Shown here: positions 40,576 to 50,460 of the stretch, in pieces
How positions within the stretch are numbered: the stretch's first letter is position 1
Layout: every line of letters begins with the position of its first letter
Assembly (NCBI GenBank): GCA_947588965.1
Contig: CANQAN010000007.1
Location: 25,542-89,541 of the forward strand
DNA: 64,000 nucleotides
From: an uncultured Helicobacteraceae bacterium
GTDB lineage: Bacteria > Campylobacterota > Campylobacteria > Campylobacterales > Helicobacteraceae
Direction: 5' to 3'
The notes under the pieces: model-generated
Told to the model about the DNA's origin: nothing
Database searches by the model: none
What the model saw: only the letters and a program-made list of their open reading frames with translations
Made by a program: the position numbers and the translations under genes

Positions 40576-41740
40576 GGGATTGCAGGAATTTTTAGAAGAA
40601 AAGGGCGCAGAATACGCACCTTTTGACCCTAAGCGCGCACCAAAAATCTTAAGGAACTTGAATCTCTCCCTAAGACCCTCGCAAACCGTGATTCAGGTCA
40701 TTGGCACAAATGGCAAGGGCAGTACGGGAAGATTTTTGGCACTTTTCTTGGCACAGCTTGGAATCTCTGTTGGACATTTCACTTCCCCGCATTTATTGAG
40801 TGTTTGCGAACGTTTTTGGAAAAATGGTTCTTTGGTGGAATATGAAGCGCTCAATGCATCATTTTTAGAGTTGGATAGGGAGAGTTTAGGGGAGGCGAGT
40901 TATTTTGAGATTCTAACTTTTCTAGCCTTGAAAGTATTTAGTGATTGTCAAGTGGTGATTTTAGAAGCGGGACTTGGAGGGGAGTATGACTCTACGACAA
41001 CTTGCGCTAAATCTGATATGACGCTTTTCACACAAATTGGCATTGATCATCAAGAATTTTTGGGAAATTCACTTGAAGAGATTGCAGTAACGAAATTAAG
41101 GGCAATGGCAAAGGATGTGCTTTTGGGATTCCAATGCTATGAGGAAGTGGTGAGAATCGCAAAGAAAATCGCAAAAGAAAAGGATTCTAGGCTCAAAATT
41201 TTAGTACAAATTCCTAAGGAGATTCAAGACTATGTCTGTGCTAAGGAATATCCGCTCTATCAAGCAGAAAATTTAACGTTAGCATTTGAGGGTTTGTGTA
41301 TGCTTACAGAACGGCTTGGTTTGTCAAACTTCACGCTTGAATCTCTGCTAAAATCCCTAGCCCCTCTAGATTTGCAAGGGAGGTTGCAGCGGCTACGTTT
41401 TAATGTGCTTTTAGATGTTGCGCATAATCTTGACGGGGCAAATGCCCTTTTAAGATCTTTAAAAAATGCTTGTTTTAGAAAAAATAAATATGTTTTAATC
41501 TATAATTCTTTCTCTGATAAGAATCCCAAAATGGTTTTGTCGGTTTTAAAGCCGATAATTAAGCGCGTGGAGATTTTGAATTTCTCACATCCGCGCTTAA
41601 TCCAAAAAGAGAATTTAAAAGAAATTTTGCGCACACTTGAGTTGGAATATTGTGATTTTAAAGACATTAGCGATGATGAAAGTTATGTCGTGTGTGGATC
41701 TTTTAGTGTTGTCGCGGAGTTTTTGAAACAATTTAAGTAG
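40565..41740 (+). CDS. folC: Folylpolyglutamate synthase / dihydrofolate synthase
   Basis: 391 aa. Mur-ligase P-loop GTNGKGSTGRF and EAGLGGEYDSTT. Confidence 0.88.
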   Translation: MKNRGLQEFLEEKGAEYAPFDPKRAPKILRNLNLSLRPSQTVIQVIGTNGKGSTGRFLALFLAQLGISVGHFTSPHLLSVCERFWKNGSLVEYEALNASFLELDRESLGEASYFEILTFLALKVFSDCQVVILEAGLGGEYDSTTTCAKSDMTLFTQIGIDHQEFLGNSLEEIAVTKLRAMAKDVLLGFQCYEEVVRIAKKIAKEKDSRLKILVQIPKEIQDYVCAKEYPLYQAENLTLAFEGLCMLTERLGLSNFTLESLLKSLAPLDLQGRLQRLRFNVLLDVAHNLDGANALLRSLKNACFRKNKYVLIYNSFSDKNPKMVLSVLKPIIKRVEILNFSHPRLIQKENLKEILRTLELEYCDFKDISDDESYVVCGSFSVVAEFLKQFK

Positions 41741-41751
41741 AGAGTGGAAAA

Positions 41752-42687
41752 ATGAAGAATCGCTTTGTTGTGACCATTACAGACATCAATGGCTCTAAGC
41801 AATACAATGTACATCAATACATGAAGCAGATTCTTTTGTATATTATTTTATTGATTGTTGTTGTTTTTTTCTTTAGTTTCATTTCTATTAAATTGCTTTT
41901 AAAAGAAGTCAAGCAGATCGAGACAAGGCGCGTTTTAATGCAACAAGAATATCAAAAAATCAATGAAAAAAATGAAAAACTTCAAGCATTAGTTGATGAA
42001 AAAACAGAAGAATTAGTGAAAGTTTCTGATAAAATAGAGGATTTAGAAAGCATTGTTGGTTTGAGCAGTAGAGTTGTGGAGGATTCTAAAGACTTAAGTT
42101 TGAGTGAGCGCGTGGATTTAGCAAGTATCACGGGGGCACAAAAGGCATTCGTGATGCAACTTATCCCCAATGGCGCACCTCTGCGCGACTCTTATCGTGT
42201 CACTTCAGAATGGGGGACGCGTCTCAATCCCGTCTTACAACGTTCGCAGTTGCATACGGGAATGGACTTTGGTGTGCCAATTGGTACTCCTGTTTATGCT
42301 TCTGCGGACGGAGTGGCATATTTTGTTAATAATGGCTATAATGGAGGTTATGGGATAATGTTGCGTCTGAATCACTCCTATGGATTCAACACATTTTATG
42401 CGCATCTCAATCGCATTGTTGTGAATCCGGGTGATTTCGTTAAACGTGGGCAGTTAATCGCGTATTCTGGGAATACGGGAAGAAGTACGGGCCCTCATTT
42501 GCATTATGAAATTCGCTATTTAGGGCAGGATCTCAATCCGCGTCCCTTTGTAGAATGGACGATGCGTGATTACACAAAAATCTTTGAAAAGGAGAAAAAC
42601 ATAAAATGGCAATCTTTGCTAACAATGATAAATCAACTAGTGGAAATTCGGGAAACACCAGCATTATTGCGCAAGGAACAAAAATAA
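41752..42687 (+). CDS. csd1: M23 (LytM) peptidase with an N-terminal TM helix and coiled coil, Csd1-like
   Basis: 311 aa. Intact active-site motifs HTGMDFGVP and GRSTGPHLHYE. The position (folC - M23 - ccmA - mfd) matches the H. pylori cell-shape locus. Confidence 0.8.
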   Translation: MKNRFVVTITDINGSKQYNVHQYMKQILLYIILLIVVVFFFSFISIKLLLKEVKQIETRRVLMQQEYQKINEKNEKLQALVDEKTEELVKVSDKIEDLESIVGLSSRVVEDSKDLSLSERVDLASITGAQKAFVMQLIPNGAPLRDSYRVTSEWGTRLNPVLQRSQLHTGMDFGVPIGTPVYASADGVAYFVNNGYNGGYGIMLRLNHSYGFNTFYAHLNRIVVNPGDFVKRGQLIAYSGNTGRSTGPHLHYEIRYLGQDLNPRPFVEWTMRDYTKIFEKEKNIKWQSLLTMINQLVEIRETPALLRKEQK

Positions 42688-43061
42688 AGGGTGACATTTA
42701 TAGTGAGTGCAATTTGCACATCGATGGGCTTTTAGAGGGCGATGTGATTGCAAAGACGAGTGTGGCGATTGGCAAAACGGGAAATGTCAATGGCAGCATT
42801 GATGCAGAGCATTTAATGGTGAGCGGAGAGCTTATGGGAAATTGCACCTGCAATGTCGTTGAGATTATGCCTCAAGGCAGAATTGATGGCAGCATTGTCG
42901 CAAAAGAACTCATCATTGAAAAGGGCGGCGAGTTTGTCGGACAGAGTGTCGTGCATAAAAATAACGAATACAATAGTGGATATAATAATCTCAGCGTCAA
43001 GACAAAAACACCGCAATCTATCACATTGCAACAAAAATCAGAGGATGGCGTTGCAAAGTAG
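42606..43061 (+). CDS. ccmA: Bactofilin CcmA
   Basis: 151 aa. N-terminus MAIFANNDKS...TSIIAQGTKIKG and repetitive beta-helix core, as I recall for H. pylori CcmA. AAGGAG lies inside the csd1 coding region. 82-nt out-of-frame overlap with csd1. Confidence 0.9.
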   Translation: MAIFANNDKSTSGNSGNTSIIAQGTKIKGDIYSECNLHIDGLLEGDVIAKTSVAIGKTGNVNGSIDAEHLMVSGELMGNCTCNVVEIMPQGRIDGSIVAKELIIEKGGEFVGQSVVHKNNEYNSGYNNLSVKTKTPQSITLQQKSEDGVAK

Positions 43062-46000
43062 TGTTTATGCCTATTTAAACGCACAAAAAGAGAGCTTTTG
43101 GACAGATAAAAAAGACTTAATTGTTGTATGTGAGAATAAGCAGAGCGCCTTAAATGCAAGTGATGTTGCGAAATTCTTGGGTTTTAATGCCTTTGTTTTG
43201 GCGGATTTACGCGCACACTTTGCAGAAGATTTGCGCAGTTATCAAGAAGAATTAGGAGAGATTTTTACCACTCTGCGCTTATTCTATGCCTGTCCTAGTC
43301 CGAGGATTCTCTTTGCTCCTCTCTATTCACTTCTGCATCCTTTGCCTAAGGCAGAATCCCTGCGAGGAATCGTACTAAAAGTCGGGGAGAGCCTGAATCT
43401 CAAAAGCTTCAAAGAGACATTATTATTTTTTGGCTATGAATTTGTGGATCTTGTGGAGATGGGCGGAGAGGTCTCTGTACGCGGAGATGTGGTGGATATT
43501 TTCACAAATCACTTTGCACAACCCTATCGCATAACCCTTTTTGGCGATGAGATAGAGAGTATGCGCGTTTTTGATTTGCAGACTCAATTATGTGCAAAAG
43601 ATGCGTTAGAATCTCTGGAGATTCCCCCTGCTTTTTTGAATCTCAATGAGGAGAGTTATGCTTTCTTGCAAGAAGAAATCCACAAATTTTCTTCTGCGCA
43701 ATCTTCTGTGAGTAAAAACAGCGATTTAATGGGATTTGGTTTTTGGTGCTTGGATAAGATTCAAGCAGGAGAGGATTTTTTGCAAACCTATCCTTTCGTC
43801 ATCTTGCCTGAAGCAAAGGAGTTAGCTAAAGAACTTTTGAGCTTCAAAGAGCAAAATAGAGGGAGTTTGCAAAGAATCTTAGAGGGTGCAACTTTAGAGG
43901 ATTCTAGGGAATATCAAGACTTTGATTTTAACTTTGCCACATTAGGGAAATTTCTGTCTTTGCACAAGGACAAGCACATCACAATCCTTGCTAAAACAGA
44001 GGCTCAAGTGCGTCAAGCAGGAATCTCATTATCAGATTCTACCTATGAAGTTGTGCTTGGAGTGGATTTGTCCTTGAATCTCATAGGACGCGATTGCTTA
44101 ATTCTCTCTTTAAACTCGCGACAAAAGCAAAAGAAGCGCACACAATCCAAGATTATTTTAGATGAATTAAAAAGTGGTGATTATGTCGTGCATTGCGATT
44201 ACGGAATCGCGCTTTTTAGAGGGATTGTTCAGGCAAATATTTTTGGCGCGACGCGTGATTTTATTGAATTATGCTATTTTGGCGAGGATAAACTTTTGTT
44301 GCCTGTGGAGAATCTTGATAGAATCGATCGCTATGTTGCCGATGGTGGCGGGATTCCACTCTTAGATAGGCTTGGCAAGGGAACTTTTGCGAAACTCAAA
44401 GAAAAAGTGAGGGAAAAGCTCTTTTCTATCGCGCATAAAATCATTGATTTGGCCGCAAAACGTGAGCTTATAGATGGGATTGTACTTGATACACAAAGGG
44501 AGGAAATTGTCCTTTTTCAAGCACAAAGTGGATTCCAATACACACAAGACCAAGAGCAATCTCTTCGTGAGATTTTCAAAGATCTAAGCTCTGGGCATGT
44601 GATGGATAGATTGTTGAGTGGGGATGTGGGCTTTGGCAAAACAGAAGTTGCGATGAATGCAATGTTTGTTGCGTTTTTAAATGGTTATCAATCGGCAATG
44701 ATTGCGCCAACGACATTGTTAGCTTATCAGCATTTTAATACACTGCAAGAGCGATTTGCGCCTTTTGGCTTGAAGTTAGCGCGCTTAGATCGCTATGTGG
44801 ATGCAAGGAGCAAAAAACAGATTCTTAATGATCTCAAAAAGGGAAATTTAAACGCGGTAGTTGGAACGCATGCACTTTTAAATGTAGAGTTTAAGAATCT
44901 TGCCTTGATTGTTGTTGATGAAGAGCATAAGTTTGGTGTGAAACAAAAGGAGAGGATCAAGGATATAAATCAAAATACGCATTTGCTCTCAATGTCGGCC
45001 ACACCTATTCCTAGAACGCTCAATATGGCACTCTCACGCCTTAAGGGATTCAGTGAGCTAAAAACTCCTCCAAGTGAGAGACAGCCGACGCGAACCTTTG
45101 TAAAAGTCTATGAGGAATCCCTGCTTAAAGAGGTGATTTTGCGCGAAATGCGTAGAGGTGGGCAGATTTTCTACATTCATAACAATATCGCAACCATCGC
45201 ACACAAAAGAGATGAGATTTTACAGATTTTGCCACAGCTCAAAATTGCCATTTTGCACTCTCAAATTCCAAGCAATGAGGCAGAGGATATTGTTTTGGAC
45301 TTTGCTCGGGGTGTTTATACGATGTTGCTTTGCACAAGCATTGTAGAATCGGGGATTCACTTGCCTAATGCCAATACGATTTTGGTAGAAGATGCGGATT
45401 GTTTTGGGATTGCCGATTTGCATCAATTGCGCGGACGTGTGGGAAGGGGCAACAAAGAGGGTTTTTGCTATCTGCTTGTAGAGGATTTTAAGAGTATTAC
45501 AGAGGATGCGAAAAAGCGGCTTTTTGCATGTGAGAGGAATTCATTTCTAGGAAGTGGGGGTGTTTTAGCCTATCATGATTTAGAGATTCGTGGGGGTGGG
45601 AATCTTGTCGGTGAGGCACAGAGCGGACATATTAAAAATATCGGTTATGCGCTGTATTTGCGCTTGTTAGAGGAGGCTCTCTTTGCGCTTAGTGGAAATA
45701 CGCAAGAAAAAGAGAGTAATGTGGAAGTAAAATTGAGCGTTGCGGCCTTTTTGAATCCTGCATTGATTGAGTCAGAGCGCCTGCGCTTAGAGATTTATCG
45801 GCGCCTCTCAAAGTGCAAAGAACAAAAGGAGGTTTTCGCGCTTGAGGGTGAGATCGAGGAGAGATTTGGGAGGTTAGATCTCTACACGAGGCAATTTTTG
45901 GATTTGATACGTATTAAGATTATCGCGCGCAATTGCGGGGTTGTGAAGATTATGAATTACCAGCAAAATGTAACGCTAGAGAAGTCAAGCGGAGAAAAAC

Positions 46001-46089
46001 TCACATTAAAGTCTGCAAGTAAAGATGAAGATGATATTTTAAAAGCTGTGTTTGAGAGTTTAGAATCTCTTAGGACAAAGGGAATGTGA
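43045..46089 (+). CDS. mfd: Transcription-repair coupling factor Mfd
   Basis: Walker A GDVGFGKTEVA, DEEH box VVDEEHKFG, and helicase motif VI LHQLRGRVGRG. The family N-terminus starts at MALQSSVYAY (ATG 43045). The upstream 64 track codons lie inside ccmA. Confidence 0.94.
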   Translation: MALQSSVYAYLNAQKESFWTDKKDLIVVCENKQSALNASDVAKFLGFNAFVLADLRAHFAEDLRSYQEELGEIFTTLRLFYACPSPRILFAPLYSLLHPLPKAESLRGIVLKVGESLNLKSFKETLLFFGYEFVDLVEMGGEVSVRGDVVDIFTNHFAQPYRITLFGDEIESMRVFDLQTQLCAKDALESLEIPPAFLNLNEESYAFLQEEIHKFSSAQSSVSKNSDLMGFGFWCLDKIQAGEDFLQTYPFVILPEAKELAKELLSFKEQNRGSLQRILEGATLEDSREYQDFDFNFATLGKFLSLHKDKHITILAKTEAQVRQAGISLSDSTYEVVLGVDLSLNLIGRDCLILSLNSRQKQKKRTQSKIILDELKSGDYVVHCDYGIALFRGIVQANIFGATRDFIELCYFGEDKLLLPVENLDRIDRYVADGGGIPLLDRLGKGTFAKLKEKVREKLFSIAHKIIDLAAKRELIDGIVLDTQREEIVLFQAQSGFQYTQDQEQSLREIFKDLSSGHVMDRLLSGDVGFGKTEVAMNAMFVAFLNGYQSAMIAPTTLLAYQHFNTLQERFAPFGLKLARLDRYVDARSKKQILNDLKKGNLNAVVGTHALLNVEFKNLALIVVDEEHKFGVKQKERIKDINQNTHLLSMSATPIPRTLNMALSRLKGFSELKTPPSERQPTRTFVKVYEESLLKEVILREMRRGGQIFYIHNNIATIAHKRDEILQILPQLKIAILHSQIPSNEAEDIVLDFARGVYTMLLCTSIVESGIHLPNANTILVEDADCFGIADLHQLRGRVGRGNKEGFCYLLVEDFKSITEDAKKRLFACERNSFLGSGGVLAYHDLEIRGGGNLVGEAQSGHIKNIGYALYLRLLEEALFALSGNTQEKESNVEVKLSVAAFLNPALIESERLRLEIYRRLSKCKEQKEVFALEGEIEERFGRLDLYTRQFLDLIRIKIIARNCGVVKIMNYQQNVTLEKSSGEKLTLKSASKDEDDILKAVFESLESLRTKGM

Positions 46090-46928
46090 TGCGCTTTGGG
46101 TTTATTGGTGATATTGTAGGTAGAATCGGACGTGAGCAAGTCGCGTTCTATGCGAGGGAGGCGCGGGAGAAATATCGGCTTGATATTGTCATTGCAAATG
46201 GTGAAAATGCAAGTCATGGCTTTGGTTTGGGGGCTAAGAGCATACAAGAGCTTAAGGAATCGGGTGTGGATATTTTCACAGGCGGGAATCACACTTGGGA
46301 TAAAAGGGAGATTCTGCCCTTTTTGTCTTTAGAAAATTCTTTTGTTCTACGTCCGCATAATTATCCTAAAAATGTCGCAGGAAGCGGTATTTATCGCGGA
46401 GAGGTACGTGGTGAGAAGTTTGCTGTTTTGAATCTCATGGGACATTTTGGGATGCCACAATGTGATAATGCCTTTGTCTGCGCTAAAGAAACGGTAGAGG
46501 GTCTTAAAGATGAGGGTTTTAGGAATCTGATCTTGGATTTTCATGCAGAAGCGACGAGCGAGAAACGCGCTATGTTTATGATGCTAAAGGGAGAGGTTGG
46601 GGCGATTTTAGGCACACATACGCATGTGGGCACAGATGATTTGGAGATTTTTGCCAAAACCTTTGCAGTGAGTGATGTGGGCATGAGTGGTGCAAGGGAG
46701 AGTGTGATTGGAATGGAGGAGAAAGAATCCATAGAGAGATTTTTAACGAGTATGCCAAGTCGCCTCGCCGTCCCAGAGAAGAGTGGGATTCCAAGCATTT
46801 TTCAAATGATTGTCTGTGAGCTTGAAAATGGGGAATGCAAGGAGGCTTTCAAACTTAAGGCACTTGATAATGGAGAATTAAAAGAGACATTACGAGCAGT
46901 AAGGAGTGAGAAATGCGACAGACCTTAG
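46089..46928 (+). CDS. YmdB-like metallophosphoesterase (TIGR00282 family)
   Basis: MRFGFIGDIVGRIGRE and VIANGENASHGFGL, plus later GTHTHV motifs. GTGATG junction with the mfd stop, so the start is 46086 or 46089. Confidence 0.85.
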   Translation: MRFGFIGDIVGRIGREQVAFYAREAREKYRLDIVIANGENASHGFGLGAKSIQELKESGVDIFTGGNHTWDKREILPFLSLENSFVLRPHNYPKNVAGSGIYRGEVRGEKFAVLNLMGHFGMPQCDNAFVCAKETVEGLKDEGFRNLILDFHAEATSEKRAMFMMLKGEVGAILGTHTHVGTDDLEIFAKTFAVSDVGMSGARESVIGMEEKESIERFLTSMPSRLAVPEKSGIPSIFQMIVCELENGECKEAFKLKALDNGELKETLRAVRSEKCDRP

Positions 46929-48796
46929 ATCTTTTGAAAGCAAACAATGCATTAAAAATCATCACAGAGCCTTTAGACGTTGAGCTAGAGATTCCTCATC
47001 TTGCGTATTTGGAAGTGAAAAAAGAGGATTCTAAAGCCTTGTTGTTTGCCAATCCTGTGGATAAGAGGAGTGGGGTTAATTATGAGATTCCTGTTTTAAT
47101 GAATCTTTTTGGGAGTTTTGAGCGCGTGAAATTACTCATTGGAGATGTGGAGGAGAGTGCGCGAGAGTTAGCGGAATTTATCAAGCTGAAGCCCCCAAAG
47201 AGTGTTAAAGAAATGTCGCGTTTTTTGCTGAAACTTGCGCGTTTGCGCCATATCAATCCAAAAATCCTAAAGACAAAGGGATTATGTCAAGAGGTGGTGC
47301 TTCAAGGAGAGAGCGTAGATTTAGGACTTCTGCCGATTTTAAAGACATGGGAAAATGATGGGGGACGCTTCATTACAATGGGGCAGTGTTACACACAGAG
47401 CTTAGATGGTCATGTGCGGAATCTTGGAATGTATCGTCTGCAAGTCTATGATCGGAATCACTTAGGAATGCATTGGCAGATTCACAAAGACAGCGTGTGT
47501 CTTTTAGAAGAATATCGCAAAGCGGGTGAAAGGATGCCTGTAAGCATTGCAATTGGTGGGAGCCCACTCTACACTTGGTGTGCGACTGCGCCCTTGCCCT
47601 ATGGATTGTTTGAGTTAATGCTCTATGGATTTTTGCGCAAGGATTCCGCAAAATTGGTGCATTGTGTGAGTAATTCCCTGTGCGTTCCCTATGATGCAGA
47701 CATCGTGATTGAGGGCTTTGTGGATCCGAGTGTTTTGAGAGATGAGGGGAGATTTGGAGATCATACGGGATTTTATACGCCAATTGAATCTTATCCCGTG
47801 CTGGAGGTGAGCGCCATCACTTCTAAGAAAAATCCCGTCTATCTTGCAACGGTTGTAGGAAAGCCGCCCTTAGAGGATAAATTTCTAGGCTACCCAACAG
47901 AGCGCATTTTTCTACCACTCTTGCAGAGTACAACGCCCGATTTGGTGGATTATTACATGCCAGAAAATGGGGTGTTTCACAATCTCATTCTTGCAAAAAT
48001 CAACTCACGTTTTCCTAATGAAGCAAAGCAGAGCATGCACGCATTTTGGGGGATTGGGCAAATGAGCTTTGTCAAACATGCTATTTTTGTGGATTCTGGT
48101 GCGCCATCGCTGCAGAGCGCGGAGATTGTCCCCTATATTTTAGATCATTTTAGTGCGGAGAATTGTCTTGTGAGTGAGGGAATTTGCGATGCGCTTGATC
48201 ATGCTGCGCCAAAATATGCACAAGGTGGGAAATTGGGCGTGGATTGCACGATGGGGGAGTGTGAAAGAGGAGTTTGTGTGAAGAGTGATGCGCAATGTTT
48301 AGAGAATTTAGCACAATACCTGAGCGCAAGTGGCATGATAGAGTATTTAAGGCAGATTTACACAGAAACTAAGAATCCTATTTGTTTGGTGGGATTGAAT
48401 AAGCAAGAGAGTTTGCAACATTCTTTTAGGAAAATCAAAGAGGCTTATACTAAGGATTCTGCACTTTTAAAAGAGCTTTTAGAGAGTGTGCGGATCGTTG
48501 TTGTCGTAGATGCTGTGAAAAATGACTTAGACAATCTCTATATGTTGCTTTGGCGCGTTGTGAATAATATTGATGCTAAGCGCGATGTTTGTATCGTGGG
48601 GCAAATGATTTTTATTGATGCGACAGACAAGGATTCTAGGGATTCTTACTTGCGCGAATGGCCTAAAGAGACGGATTGTTCTTTGAAAGTATTGCGCCAT
48701 TTAGAGAAGCTTGGACTTTTGAGGGATTTTGGTGATTTGGATAAATTTTATCGCGCTTTTCATATTGATAAATCCTACGAAACTTTGAAATTGTGA
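46913..48796 (+). CDS. UbiD-family decarboxylase (menaquinone-biosynthesis type)
   Basis: 627 aa. UbiD-family core (..GMYRLQVYD.., GDHTGFYT). AGGAG RBS. Overlaps the preceding gene by 16 nt. Confidence 0.85.
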   Translation: MRQTLDLLKANNALKIITEPLDVELEIPHLAYLEVKKEDSKALLFANPVDKRSGVNYEIPVLMNLFGSFERVKLLIGDVEESARELAEFIKLKPPKSVKEMSRFLLKLARLRHINPKILKTKGLCQEVVLQGESVDLGLLPILKTWENDGGRFITMGQCYTQSLDGHVRNLGMYRLQVYDRNHLGMHWQIHKDSVCLLEEYRKAGERMPVSIAIGGSPLYTWCATAPLPYGLFELMLYGFLRKDSAKLVHCVSNSLCVPYDADIVIEGFVDPSVLRDEGRFGDHTGFYTPIESYPVLEVSAITSKKNPVYLATVVGKPPLEDKFLGYPTERIFLPLLQSTTPDLVDYYMPENGVFHNLILAKINSRFPNEAKQSMHAFWGIGQMSFVKHAIFVDSGAPSLQSAEIVPYILDHFSAENCLVSEGICDALDHAAPKYAQGGKLGVDCTMGECERGVCVKSDAQCLENLAQYLSASGMIEYLRQIYTETKNPICLVGLNKQESLQHSFRKIKEAYTKDSALLKELLESVRIVVVVDAVKNDLDNLYMLLWRVVNNIDAKRDVCIVGQMIFIDATDKDSRDSYLREWPKETDCSLKVLRHLEKLGLLRDFGDLDKFYRAFHIDKSYETLKL

Positions 48797-48860
48797 AGAG
48801 CTTCTTAATAGTTTTTGGGCAGAATTTGAACACTTAAAATAGAATCGCTAAGGAGTTGCG

Positions 48861-49418
48861 ATGGAAGTGAATTCAATGAGTAAGGCACGTAGGGCTTGGT
48901 TGAGTGGAATGAAGTCCGAAATTATGGAATTGCGCCATTTGGGAGAGAGCGATTTTTCAATCCGCAAGAGCATGTATGCAAAATTTCGTAATCTTTCAAC
49001 AAAAACAGAGCGCATAATGGGCTGGGTGTGTTCTTTTGCTGTGATTGCGCTGGTTTGCTTTGGGTTACACATTAGCTATGTCTTATTGATGTTAGAAGCG
49101 CATGTCTATAGCTTTGGAGCTTATCTTTCGCCCTATGTGTCTCTCTTTATTTTTGTGCTGCTGTGTGTTGCGTTGCTTGGAATCTTTGCCTTTTATTTTG
49201 GTTATTTTGTAGATTTTTGTAGGTTTTATAAGAAGCTTGATGACACATTAGAAGAGCAGTTTTATCTCAAACTCTTTAAGATTCTTTTGATTTTGGGATT
49301 CATTGGGTTTGTGGTGTTTATGGTGATGGTATTTTTCATAGGATTGCAAGTTTCAGAGTTTTACAATATGCCCTTAGAAAATAGCTTGTTTGAAGTCTTG
49401 CGCGAGATTGTGGATTAA
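48861..49418 (+). CDS. Hypothetical membrane protein
   Basis: 185 aa. AAGGAG RBS. A basic N-terminal ~55 aa is followed by ~4 hydrophobic helices. No known motif. Confidence 0.5.
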   Translation: MEVNSMSKARRAWLSGMKSEIMELRHLGESDFSIRKSMYAKFRNLSTKTERIMGWVCSFAVIALVCFGLHISYVLLMLEAHVYSFGAYLSPYVSLFIFVLLCVALLGIFAFYFGYFVDFCRFYKKLDDTLEEQFYLKLFKILLILGFIGFVVFMVMVFFIGLQVSEFYNMPLENSLFEVLREIVD

Positions 49419-49476
49419 GGCAAACTTGCAAAGAATTTGAGATTGTTTTATACTTCTAAGTCTGAAAGGAGTAGGG

Positions 49477-50460
49477 ATGCCAAAAATTTCAATTCTAGTA
49501 CCAAGCTACAATCATCAAAAATATGTGGGTGCCTTCATAGAATCTGCCTTAGCACAGAGCTTTGAGGATTTTGAGCTGATTATTGTAGATGATGCAAGTA
49601 CAGATGGAAATGTAGAAGAGATTCTTAAATACAAAGATGAGCGCATTATTTTAATCAAGCATCCTTATAATCGCGGAATCAATGCGGGATTAAACACTGC
49701 CTTTAAGAAAAGTCAAAGCCCTGTGGTTATATTCATTGCAAGTGATGATTTGCTGGAACATCATGCCCTAGAGCAGATTCATCTTGCGCATCAAAATCGC
49801 GAACTTGTTGTGGCTTACACGAAGCTCACACCAATTGATGAAAATAATCAAGTCATTCCTCAAGCCCTCTATGGATATTTGGATATGAAGCTCCTAAGCA
49901 GAGAGGAGTTTATTTGGACGACCTTTTTGCAACGCAATGTTTTTGTCTCGCCCGGAATGTCAGTCAAAAGAAAGTTTTTAAGCAAAATCATGCCACTTCC
50001 TTGTGCGATGATGAATTATCAAGACTATCTTTTGCATATTGAGCTTATGAAGTTTGGGGAAATTACGGTGTTGCCTGAACGCATTGTGCGCTATCGTCTC
50101 CCTCTTGCAATCTCAAACAATGCAAGCTCTCCTAATGAAGCGACATTTTGGCGCGAATGCTTGGAGACAGAAGCCCTGCTTGATGCCTTTTTGAGTTATG
50201 ATGATATTGAATTTCTAGAGAGGACTTTTGCAAGAGAGATTGCATCTAGTGGTGTGCGACCCTATAGGGAGACATTGCCCTTTTTTTTTGGAGTGATGGC
50301 GCTGTTTTCTCCCGTGCAGGTGCGTAAATTTTGGGGTTATCATCAGATTATGAAGTTTTATAATTCTAAAAATGGACAAGAGATTCTGCATGAAAAATAT
50401 GGCTTTACCTTTGCACATTTCTTAAAATTAACGAAGTTTTTTACGGGTGTGCAACAATGA
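49477..50460 (+). CDS. Family-2 glycosyltransferase
   Basis: 327 aa. [14 protein letters not shown] ... [12 protein letters not shown] ... ASDD: a classic GT2 (GT-A) N-terminal half. Confidence 0.88.
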   Translation: MPKISILVPSYNHQKYVGAFIESALAQSFEDFELIIVDDASTDGNVEEILKYKDERIILIKHPYNRGINAGLNTAFKKSQSPVVIFIASDDLLEHHALEQIHLAHQNRELVVAYTKLTPIDENNQVIPQALYGYLDMKLLSREEFIWTTFLQRNVFVSPGMSVKRKFLSKIMPLPCAMMNYQDYLLHIELMKFGEITVLPERIVRYRLPLAISNNASSPNEATFWRECLETEALLDAFLSYDDIEFLERTFAREIASSGVRPYRETLPFFFGVMALFSPVQVRKFWGYHQIMKFYNSKNGQEILHEKYGFTFAHFLKLTKFFTGVQQ

